The notes under the pieces: model-generated
Told to the model about the DNA's origin: nothing
The model's input: the letters and a program-made list of their open reading frames with translations, nothing else
Databases searched by the model: none
Origin: Chrysochromulina tobinii
Taxonomy: Eukaryota
Direction of reading: 5' to 3'
Assembly (NCBI GenBank): GCA_001275005.1
Contig: JWZX01003201.1
Coordinates: forward strand, 1 to 42,442
DNA length: 42,442 bases
In this document: positions 19,210 to 29,069 of the stretch, piece after piece
Numbering within the stretch: position 1 is the stretch's first letter
Layout of the letters: every line of letters starts with the position of its first letter
Made by a program: the position numbers and the translations under genes

Positions 19210-22044
19210 CTAAACCAGGTGTTGGTCCTCCTCCACATCCTCCTCCTCCGCGCCGGCGCCGCCAAACGGAACGTCTCCGTCATTCACTGCGGTGCCAGTG
19301 AATCCCAGGGCGTTGCCTCCTCTCACGCCTCCTCGGGGAGCGCGGGGACCTCCCCTCCATGCGGCTGCGCCGGGCACGGACGGCGGCGGCGGCGGCGGCG
19401 GCGGCGGTGCAGCCCTTGCGATGTCGGGTGGTCCAGCCGGCAGGTGTGATCTGAGGTAGAGAAGCAGCGACACCAGCCACGCGTGCTGCACGGCCGCCTC
19501 ATCCGAGCTGAGCCGCGCCCAATCCGGCACGACGGCGGCCGCGCCCCCCGCGAAGGCGCACGCCTCGTAAAGCGCCTCTGTGCAGAGGGTGAGCTTGCTG
19601 TACGCGAGGCGCAGCCGACCGGGCACTGAGTCCATCGGGCACCAGTACAGGTAGACTTGCATCCAGCGGAGCGCTGAGAGCGCGCGGAGCAGCGTCTCTC
19701 GCAGCGCACCGGGCGTCATGCCGCGGCCCTCGGCCTTGGCCTTGGCGGCCGCAATCCCTGACGATGGCGTCCCCGCCGCTGCGGTCGTGCCCATCGCCTT
19801 GCCCGGCGGCGACACCCCCGACGCCGGCCCGGGCGCCGACGCGGGCGCCGTACCGAGCCCCACCCTGGACGCCGCCGCGGGCGCACGCCATCCGACGATG
19901 GACTCGCACTGCTCCTGCCTGATGAGGAACTCGTCCAGATGGCGCTCGAGAGAGCCGTCGATCGCCTTGCGGTCCTCGGACACGTACTTCCAAGACGGGT
20001 CGGGCGTACGCGAGCAGGCGGAGACGTGGTGCACGCCGCGGCCCATCTGGCCGCATCCCCAGCACCATTCGAGCGCGCACTGGGTGCACGAGATGTGCAT
20101 GCAGCCCATGGTACGCGTGGTACGTACGCCACACGAGGGGCAGGGCTTGGTCGTCTGCCGGATCAGCATCGCATCGGGTGACTGGTGCAGGAGCTCCGCC
20201 CAGCGCCGCTTACGCTCGCACGAGGTGGGCCAGTGCGGCGGATCTCCGCACGTGACACAAAAAGAGGTGCCGCACTCACAGGGGAGCAGCTCTGGCGGAG
20301 TGCTCGCGTTCAGGTGCACCGCCGCACGCCCGCACGCGCCGTTCGGGCACTGGCTCACGAGCGAGTTGCAGCTCACGAAGAGGCGGAGCGAAAGTGCCGA
20401 GAGCTGCTGCTGCCCCTCGGCTGGCAGTGCCGCGGCCCACACGTCGCCGCTTACGGGCAGCGAACAGCCCGGCTGAGGGCACGTGCCGTGCACGCACGAG
20501 GGGCCCTTCTCGAGGGCCACCATAAGCGTGCCGCCCCAGCACTCGTCGCAGAAGCCGTGCCCGCATCGCATCGCACGCAGCGTGCGCGGCGGTTCGGGAG
20601 GCTCGAAGCAGATGCCGCACACTATCGGTGGCGCCTCCGGCAGGATTTCGGTGTCGGCCGAGCTCGCTGCTACCGGTACGGGTGCTACCGCCGCCTCCGT
20701 GGCCCCCACCGACCACGCCTCCGCCGCCTCCGCGGCCGCCGCCTCCGTGCCGCCGCCCCGGCGGCTCTCCCGCCACGCGACGACTGCCTTGACAACGTCC
20801 CATCGCGCGCGCAGAAGCAGCAGCAGTGCATCTGCAGAGCTCGGCGTGGCGCCGCCCGCCACCTGCGCTTGCTGCCGCATGCGCTCAACGGTCGCGCTCA
20901 TCAAGGCGCTCAGATCCTCGGGCCGCAGCAGCCGCGGCCGCCCTTCGATCCATCCATCGCGTCGCCAATCGGCGCCGCCGCCGTCGACGCACGCGATCAG
21001 CGCTCCAAGGAGCACTGCAGCCGCCTCATGGACTTGGCCCTCGATGCTCAGGCCACTTGCACGCGCTGGCCGAGCGAGCTCCGCCGCAAGGGACGCCTCC
21101 ACGTGCCGCCGCGCCGCACCGCTCAGCCCGCCATAGAGGGCTCGCACTGCCCCCCGGGCGCTCGGCGGCGGCGGCATGGAAAGCAGTCGCTCCGGAGGCA
21201 ACCGCTGCACCAGAGTGGTGCACAGGGCGGGCGCCGACGACGCGGTGGATGGTGTGTCGAGCGCGACGCGGCACAGGGCCCCAAGACGCTCGAGGCTCAC
21301 GCTCACCTCGGGGGCACCGCCACCGGCGCCCCCACTTGTGGCAGAGGCGGCCGCGGCGACAGGGTGGTGATCCGCAGGGGGCAGCAGCCAACACGCCAGG
21401 GCGTTGAGAATAGAGGGTGCAGTATTGTGCAGCAGGTCGCGCGCGAGCTGCGCGCCGCGACCCTGGCAGCAGCTGGCCCACTGAGGGATGCCGCCCGAGG
21501 GGCTGCAAAGCGCCGTGGCGAGCGACACGGCTGACGCATCGCCGCACTGGCCGGCGACATACAGCACTGCAGGCAGCAGACGCTGCAGGCGCCGAAGCAG
21601 CCCCGTGGCGCCATCGCACGTGCCCGCGGCGTGCTGGCCGCACACGCACTCTAGGGTACCGCCGCAGCTGTTCAGCACCCGCGCGCCGCGTCGTGTGAGG
21701 TCCACTGCAGTGTCGGAGAGGCACCCCTCTGCAGCCGCCCACAATAGACCGACTCGACGTGCGAGTGAGAGCGCGAGAGCATGCGAGTGGGCTAAGGTTG
21801 CATGCGCTTCAGCCACCTCGACAGCTGTGCGGACTGCCTCCAGCAGCACCGTTTCGCGTAGCTTGCGTCGCGCCAGACGGCCGCGCGTGAGTCTTTGCAG
21901 TGTAGACGCAGCCTTCAGCGGTGCGGCGGCGGCCGTGCGCTGCTCGCGGAGCTGCCGCGCCTCGAGCAGCACCTGCTCGCGCGACTTTCCGGCCTTCTTG
22001 CGCCCGCCTAGGGAGACACCCTTCCTCTCGACATAAAGATCCAT
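19210..22044 (-). CDS. RBR (RING1-IBR-RING2) E3 ubiquitin ligase with an N-terminal IQ-like motif
   Basis: RING1 CGIC..CGHGFCDEC..CPQPGC; IBR CPNGAC..CECGTSFCVTC..H..C; RING2 TKPCPSC..GCMHISCTQCALEWCWGC; IQ-like LQRLTRGRLARR. Confidence 0.88.
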   Translation of the reverse strand: MDLYVERKGVSLGGRKKAGKSREQVLLEARQLREQRTAAAAPLKAASTLQRLTRGRLARRKLRETVLLEAVRTAVEVAEAHATLAHSHALALSLARRVGLLWAAAEGCLSDTAVDLTRRGARVLNSCGGTLECVCGQHAAGTCDGATGLLRRLQRLLPAVLYVAGQCGDASAVSLATALCSPSGGIPQWASCCQGRGAQLARDLLHNTAPSILNALACWLLPPADHHPVAAAASATSGGAGGGAPEVSVSLERLGALCRVALDTPSTASSAPALCTTLVQRLPPERLLSMPPPPSARGAVRALYGGLSGAARRHVEASLAAELARPARASGLSIEGQVHEAAAVLLGALIACVDGGGADWRRDGWIEGRPRLLRPEDLSALMSATVERMRQQAQVAGGATPSSADALLLLLRARWDVVKAVVAWRESRRGGGTEAAAAEAAEAWSVGATEAAVAPVPVAASSADTEILPEAPPIVCGICFEPPEPPRTLRAMRCGHGFCDECWGGTLMVALEKGPSCVHGTCPQPGCSLPVSGDVWAAALPAEGQQQLSALSLRLFVSCNSLVSQCPNGACGRAAVHLNASTPPELLPCECGTSFCVTCGDPPHWPTSCERKRRWAELLHQSPDAMLIRQTTKPCPSCGVRTTRTMGCMHISCTQCALEWCWGCGQMGRGVHHVSACSRTPDPSWKYVSEDRKAIDGSLERHLDEFLIRQEQCESIVGWRAPAAASRVGLGTAPASAPGPASGVSPPGKAMGTTAAAGTPSSGIAAAKAKAEGRGMTPGALRETLLRALSALRWMQVYLYWCPMDSVPGRLRLAYSKLTLCTEALYEACAFAGGAAAVVPDWARLSSDEAAVQHAWLVSLLLYLRSHLPAGPPDIARAAPPPPPPPPPSVPGAAAWRGGPRAPRGGVRGGNALGFTGTAVNDGDVPFGGAGAEEEDVEEDQHLV

Positions 22045-22693
22045 CGCACTACACAAAAACAGCGCGGCCGTATGGGTCGGCAGTGTGTCGAATTCTAAAC
22101 ATTGGCTGTGAAGAACTGTTCTTCCTCACCGCTGAGATGTTCATTTGCGTCAGAGAACAGAGCTGACAGGTTCGCAAGAATGAAGTTGAATACACGGGAG
22201 CAGCGGGCACGAAAGCCTACATGTAGTTGCAATACATGTAAGGAAGCTCCTCGGGGCGTGTCCCCTTCCTCGCGTCGTGTATCGCCCTCCGCTACAGGTG
22301 GCGGAGCCGGGACACATCACCTCATCACGGGACACTCACGGGCGCACACAGGCACACGGATCGGTGTGTGAATTCTGAGCGGACAGAAACAGTGCCGTAC
22401 AAGCACCGGTTGTCGCGTCTCGTGTCGTGTTAACGTTCACACGGATCATAAGGGATCACACAGACGAATTCACCAACCATCCAAACCCGCCACAGTCGCT
22501 CGTGCTTGGGGGTCCGGAGTGTGTGCGCGCGCGCGCGCGTTGTGTTGAACAGCAGCAGCAGCAGCAGTCGCCGGTATGTCTGCGACACGCGCCGATTTGG
22601 ACGCCTCGGACTGATGACCCCGCCGCTCGGCGTGTCCTGCGTGCACGCTGCCTGCGCGTGTCAAACCCATCGCGCAGCGGCTCTGGTGGCGCG

Positions 22694-24880
22694 ATGGTGG
22701 CGGCTGCGCCAGTCGAGCGTGGGGTCGCGAACCGAACTCAAACCGAGGTGCGACAGCAGCAACGCCATGCGGACACGCGGCTAGCCAATGCGGAGGCAGT
22801 GCTTCGCCGTCGGCAGGAAGACTGCAATCGTGCTGTCCGGGCCAAAGAGGAGCGATTTAGTGGCAGTACGATGAAGCTCGAGGCCGCAAAGGCCATCAAA
22901 GGTCTCAAGGTTTCCAATCTCGATGAGCTTCGCTCTCTCAAAGATGCGCCCAACCCGATTGTCGAGCTCGTTGCACGCTGCGTTGCCACCCTCATCTCCA
23001 GCGATGAGGTTGGAGATGAGAATGCAGCATCGCACGAGTCTGGCCCTGATACACCCGACAGCGCAAGGATACTTCGAGCGCGGCGTGCAGCCGCCACCAT
23101 AGAACAGCGGGAAACGGCCCTCGACCGTCTTGCAAGCCCAAAGCAGCCAAACAATGCTCGCGGACGCCTGTACGAGCCTCGTGAAACGCCCACCAAGCCG
23201 CAGAGTCCGAGACGGCTCAGCAGCCCGCGACGGTACCCTGAAGGTGTCGAGGCACCAACACCTCTGAGCGCTCGCAGCAGAGACTCAACATCTTTGAGTG
23301 CGAGAGCGACGTCTCCTCGACGACCGGCTGTGCGGGACTCGGACTTGAAGCGTGGCGCGGACGGTCACCTGTTGAGCTGGGAAGCGACGCAGAAGATGCT
23401 GCAACGAAGTGATTTCAAGCTGCGCCTGATCAACTTCAACGGGATGTGTCTTCAAGGAAAAGCCGAGCTCGTCGAGAACGTGCGCAAATGCCTAAATCTG
23501 TCATCCATCAAGCCCGGTCAGATGTTCAATATCTTGCCTGGCCGTGCCCATTCCGGAGACCGCGATGACGGCGTGCGTGAGCGTCGCGAGCTTGTTAAGT
23601 CTTTGTACGAGGCATCGGGAGAGGACGGCGTGTACCTCACGCCGCTCATGTACGAAGAAGCACGATACGTCAATGAGGTGATCGGCGCCATGCTCATCTG
23701 GATCTTCCGCATCTTTCGCCAGCAGTTACTTCTGATCAAAGAATGGAAACGCCTCACCGAGGCGTGCGAAGCCTCTCACTTAAAAGTGGTCGCCGCAAAG
23801 AAGGTCGTTGATGAGCGAAAGATGGTCGTGGAAGACCTGATGAAGGAGGAGCTCGGTCTCGAGGAGCGGGATCAGTTGGTTGCAGACGTACCCAAACCGA
23901 CGCAGCTCACGACTCCTGATCAGATTTCTGCCAGTGGGTCTGGTCCCATGTTCCTCTTCACCAATGCGCGCATCGCGGGCATGGCTCCTCGCCCCACATG
24001 CCTACCTGAGCGCTTGCAGCTTCCTCGATCGATCCACTTCTACGTGCATCTGAAGTCGCAGCCGATCGGTTTCCCTTTCCCCTCTCACATAAACACCAGT
24101 CAGTACTTGCACGAGGCGCGAGTGGTCGTAGGTCAAGGGGAGGGAGAAGCCGATCTGATCGCCCAGGTCACCTTTGACGGCAAGCACGTGATTGGGCTGG
24201 CGGACCATATGCTCCTCACTTTCTGCCAGCTCGTCATCGAGGTACCATCGACGCCGTCCATTAACCCGACGATCCGAGCTACCAGGCTCTCCTTCCATCC
24301 TTGCCACGTGGCGCAGCTCCACAACTACCAAGGCAATAGGCAGCGCATCATCGTACCGATCTACACGATCGGTGGAGACACTGCCCCCACTGACGAACGT
24401 GCTGTGAGCCCTCTGCCACACGGCAACAAACATAAAACTTCAGCCGTCCCGCCCTTCAATGTGCCGGCTTTGCCGATTCCTCTGCCGTCTCCCATCGCGA
24501 TCGGCAACCCTCTGAACGCAAGGAGTGGGACACCGGGACGCGAATCCCCACGCATCGATGAGCCATCCGACTCAGCTCAAAGTTCCCCGCGCTCCGCCCG
24601 ACAAGGTGCTTGGAGCAAGTCGCGGGTGGTCGCATCGGAACAGAATGAGCGCTCAGTCTCGGCGCGAAGCTGCAGCCCGCCGCCGTCCAAAAAGGCTGCG
24701 GAGAGGGTACTGGCGTATCGGGCCGAGGCGTTGATGCGCCCACTGATTGCAAAGGTCGGAAGCGGCTATCTCTTGACCAGTGCAGAGATGAGGCGTCTAC
24801 AACGACTTGCGTATTGCGTCGAGAACCCACCGACGCCATCAACGCCGACCTATGGCCTGTTGCGAGGCCTCCTTCCGTAG
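22694..24880 (+). CDS. Hypothetical protein with a dynein heavy-chain stalk/microtubule-binding-domain-like region
   Basis: Long ORF. AIKGLKVSNLDELRSLKDAPNPIVELVARCVATLI ... SWEATQKMLQRSDFKLRLINFN ... AMLIWI, flanked by coiled coils. Confidence 0.6.
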   Translation: MVAAAPVERGVANRTQTEVRQQQRHADTRLANAEAVLRRRQEDCNRAVRAKEERFSGSTMKLEAAKAIKGLKVSNLDELRSLKDAPNPIVELVARCVATLISSDEVGDENAASHESGPDTPDSARILRARRAAATIEQRETALDRLASPKQPNNARGRLYEPRETPTKPQSPRRLSSPRRYPEGVEAPTPLSARSRDSTSLSARATSPRRPAVRDSDLKRGADGHLLSWEATQKMLQRSDFKLRLINFNGMCLQGKAELVENVRKCLNLSSIKPGQMFNILPGRAHSGDRDDGVRERRELVKSLYEASGEDGVYLTPLMYEEARYVNEVIGAMLIWIFRIFRQQLLLIKEWKRLTEACEASHLKVVAAKKVVDERKMVVEDLMKEELGLEERDQLVADVPKPTQLTTPDQISASGSGPMFLFTNARIAGMAPRPTCLPERLQLPRSIHFYVHLKSQPIGFPFPSHINTSQYLHEARVVVGQGEGEADLIAQVTFDGKHVIGLADHMLLTFCQLVIEVPSTPSINPTIRATRLSFHPCHVAQLHNYQGNRQRIIVPIYTIGGDTAPTDERAVSPLPHGNKHKTSAVPPFNVPALPIPLPSPIAIGNPLNARSGTPGRESPRIDEPSDSAQSSPRSARQGAWSKSRVVASEQNERSVSARSCSPPPSKKAAERVLAYRAEALMRPLIAKVGSGYLLTSAEMRRLQRLAYCVENPPTPSTPTYGLLRGLLP

Positions 24881-24936
24881 GGTACTGTTGTACATTACGT
24901 TACTTCCCTCGTACAGTAGTCTCGAGGTCTCGAGGT

Positions 24937-27900
24937 ATGGTTAGCCCCGCGCCGCGGAAACCTTCATCCTTTCAAACTCAAAGGTGTACCGCCTCGTGGG
25001 ATGAAACGTCGAGCGAAAAACGCCGAAACGGGGAGACGCGATGTCCGTCACAGCGACAGGCCGCCCAGCCGGTCTCTGGGCCATCCCATATGACTTTGAG
25101 AATTCCCTCCGAGACTAGCGCAACTCTTTGCAAAGTCGAGGGCGCCGGTCTCAGCGTGGCCATGGTGCGGCAGACTGCGTCATTGACAATAACCGCGTTC
25201 ACAGAGATGGGCTCTATGCAGAACCGAGGTGGGGATACGTTTTTCGTTGCCATCCGAGGCCAATCTCAAGTCCGTGCCAAGGTCGTAGATAACGAAAATG
25301 GCACATACCATGTTTCGTACAAGCCAAGCGTGTCAGGAAGCTATCGTATCTCCATCTCACTATTCGGCGAGCCTGTTCCAGGCAGTCCATTTACGGTCAA
25401 CGCCATCACTCCTAAGCCAGAGGCGAGCAAGTGCGAGCTACGAGGCGTATCCTTGACGCTTGCTATCTCGCGAGCTTCAAATAGTTTTGAGGTCCGCTTC
25501 CGAGATGCGCTTGGCCAGACGGCGCATGGTGAGCACAGCCAATGAATCGAACCGCGCCAGAGGCTAGCTCGAGGTGGCGCTCACACTCTCTGCTTCGCAC
25601 CGCCTGATGATGACGCGCGGTTGCCGACGCGTTCTCGAACCTATCGTGTGGCAGCTGAGGACCTCGACGTGTACGTGGTTCCCCTTGGCATGCAGAGCCC
25701 AGGAAGACACAAGCGGCAGCCGTCTTCTGCTGGCCATGAGACCAGCAGAAGCTCTTCTGTGAAAGATGCAAGTGGTTTGGCTCCTGCCGACGCAGAGATG
25801 ACACCAGACTGGACCTACGTCAAGTCGCGCATCGAGGTCGGCCTCAAGCCTCTCATTCTTCGCGAGTCTTGCAGCCTGGACAGTCAGGTGCTCGGGCAGC
25901 TGCCACCAGGGCTCCTCATGATGGTCCTCGACGAGTATCGCACCGCAGCAGGAGATGTACGTGCACATGTCGCGCCCATTGACGACGCAGCAGCCAGGCT
26001 CAAGCTCCTCGACTCTTGGCATCATCCGTTTCTTCAGTACGCGGATGACTGTGAGACGAGCTCAAGTGTGTGTGGGCTTCCACCATCGCAGCCAGCGTTT
26101 CCGCCTCCAGTCGGCCTCCAAGGGCTCCCCGTGCAGCAACCAGCAGCTGAGTGTAGTTCTTCTGCGACCCCCGGTTCTAAGCATCAGGCTTTCGAAGAGG
26201 AGCCCACAAGGTCTCCTCTCAGGCATCCTGAGCCCAACACGGGCTCGCTGTCCAGCGAGGAGATGGCAGGGCTGCTCAGCCCAAGCAGGAGCTTGCCTCT
26301 AACGTCGCAGCGCGCTCCTACTCACCGTCATCCGAATGGATGGGTAACGATCGTCAAGAATGGCGAAGAGCTTGTCAGGCGGAGAGAGCGGCTCGACACC
26401 GTGAAACGGCAGCAACACTTGCAGCAGTGGGCGCGACGGCAACGGACTGATAAGTCTGCTGCAGCCCAAAAGAATGACAAGAAGATGGAAGCGCGCTACA
26501 CACGTTTGAAGAATCCCTTCGAGGATGAGTTGGCGAGCGACCCGGAAGGAATCTGCTTTGCGTTTGGTGGCGTCGATCCGGGGACGATGCATGCCCACGG
26601 CCAGCTTCACGATGTGCATCGTGCACACTACTCGGTAGGCCGTGTGGGTAAGTACCTGCTGCATATTGGGTTGCGCTCACAGGCATTGCCCCTACCTGGC
26701 TCGCCATTCACCCTCATAGTGCTACCCGGGTCTGCGCATGCACAGTCGACATGCATCTCACCAGCCTTAGCGATGCTCTCCGGCCGAGTCGGCGAGGGGC
26801 TTGACGATGGTTGCCGGCTTTCCATCAACGCCTCGGACAAGATGGGTAATCTGTGCATCGCAGGAGGCGCGAAAGTGGATTGTACCTGCTCCAATTCCAG
26901 CGTTCAATGCAAGAGTAGAGACAACCTCGACGGATCCTACACATTCGAATGGCGGTCCAAGATGTCCGGCTTCTTCTACGTGCACGTTCTCGTGGAGAAC
27001 CAAAGCATCCAAGGCTCGCCGATCAAGATGCGCCTTTCATCAAGTATACCTGACCTCAGCAAGACTGTCCTCACAGGCTCAGGGATCGGAAAGCACATTC
27101 CAGCCGGGGTACCTGTTGAAATCCACCTGAGCTTCCTGGACCAATACTCGAACGGGTGCAGTCCTGGATCCAAGCACGAGTATGCGTTCGGCATAACGAT
27201 CCTTCCGGAGCGCTCTGGAGCGAAGCTATCAACGGCGACGGCGCATCGCTCAGAGGGAAAATGGAGCTCGGAAGATACCGGCGAGTTTTCTATCACATAC
27301 TCCGCCACGAAAGCAGGCAACTGCGAGCTGTACGTCTGGTGCGATGTCGAGGAAAAGAAGGATCGTAAAGGCGGACGGATAGTCCTGCATGGCTCGCCAT
27401 TCATGCTGCATGTTCAGCCTGGAAAGGCAAATGCAGAGGCCTCCGAGGTTGAAGGGTTCAGCGTTGAAGGCGCCGATAAGAGCGTGAGGATGGACGGCCG
27501 ACCGTCTAGTGGGCTGAACGCTGCAACACCGCCGTCCGCAGACGGAGCCATCGCCGACAAGCGTGGGAAGAAGGACGCCCGAGCAGTCAGCGGGCTGAAA
27601 AGATCAGTTGAACTATCAGCTACCGTGCCGAGCGTAGTTATCGCGGGTGACTCTGTAGTCATTCGGCCACTATTATTCGACAGCTTTGGCAATCAGGCAC
27701 AGCTCGTGACGGACTCTTTGACCGTGCAGATCTCGTCTGAGCGGACGCCTGGCCCTCATGGCCCGGTTCTAGTATTGAAGCCCATCATCCGCAGCGGTCT
27801 CATCATCTACGAGAGCCGCCACGAGACGAGGAAGAGTGGGCACTTCTATTTTAACGTGCTGCTTTACGGGGAGCCAATCAAGGGCTCGCCGGTTCCTTTC

Positions 27901-28353
27901 CAGGTATCACCGGCAGTCCACGATAGGAACCTGACGGTCGTGGAAGGCCCGAAGCTTCATAAGCTGACGGCTGACGAGACGTACACCTGCATCGTGCGCT
28001 TACGCGATCGCTTCTGCAACTATCTCGAGAAGGGCGGCGCAACTGTCGGCGCCAGAATGGTTTATTCGAGGCAGGGCATGCAAGACCCGAATATGCTCAA
28101 CCAGCAAAACAATTTTGCGAATGTTGAGGACAATCAAGATGGCACCTACAACGTTTGCTTCGGCTTGCTGGCGAAGGGCTTCAGCAACTGGCCTCTCACA
28201 GCTAGTCTGGTCATCAACTGCGACAAGGATACGAAGGATCCCCAAGGGTTTGACGTTCACTCATCGACCTATCAGTTCAATCTCGCCGAAGAAGCGGCGG
28301 CCACTCACCCCGACAGCGACGCGCAGCCGAGGCTCCATCGGAGGGCGCGTTAA
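24937..28353 (+). CDS. Filamin/ABP280-repeat protein; exons 24937-25528 and 25655-28353
   Basis: Several filamin Ig repeats (VEGAGL..GGD.F...DNENGTYHVSY..SGSY...PVPGSPFTV; DNLDGSYTF; GEPIKGSP). Intron 25529(GTGAGC)..25654(GCAG) removes the in-frame stop at 25543. Confidence 0.85.
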
Positions 28354-29069
28354 GTGGAGCCTTGGAGCCCAGGAGTAAGTATTAGGAGTAAGTATTAGGA
28401 CTACAGTAGTAGCACACACGGGTCGGGTCTCATGGTCCAGATGCTATGCGTGAACGTTAACACGACAGACGCGACAACATATGCGTGTGCATAGGCGGTT
28501 GATGTAGGGTTTGCTCCCACAACGTGTCCGCGTCGTCGTTTTTATCCATTTTTTTGGCAGCGGCCGGTGTCGCGCGGCGTTATAGCCGGCGCCGCGGCGC
28601 GCGATACGTCTACGCCGACGTTGCGGCCTGGGCGGGCGCCGGGCCGCGGGCGGGGGCCGGGGTGCGCGGGAGGCGCCGGGCGACGCGGGACGGCGGACGG
28701 GAGCGGAGGGACCCGCACGCCGCACCCGGGAGCAGGGCGGGGGCGGGTCGTTGCGTTTTGCGATGTGTATACCGGGACCGCGCGGAACGCGTTCGCGGCG
28801 CGGCGGTCTCACCCCGGACGAATATCTCCCGCTCGAATGACGCCGCCCGGGTCGCCCCGCCCCGCCGCGAATCAAGTCGTGCGTGGCGCGTGGGCGACGT
28901 GAGATCGTGGCGGAACCCCGGGGCGGGGTGCGGGACTTCATGCGGGACTGCGGGTGTGAAAAACGGCCCGCGGCAGCACCCCAGCAGCACAACCGTAAGC
29001 ACTATTACGTAAGCACTCTTTTCCTCTATTGCATGAATCAATGCTTCGTTTTCCCTCCCTACAGTTTCG

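Noticed and set aside
20185..21534. 449-aa antisense ORF and similar overlapping ORFs throughout the window
   Set aside because: Arg/Ala/Pro-rich with no motifs; expected opposite high-GC genes.
22694..24880. Dynein heavy chain gene
   Set aside because: Far too short and has no AAA/Walker motifs; only the stalk-like region resembles dynein.
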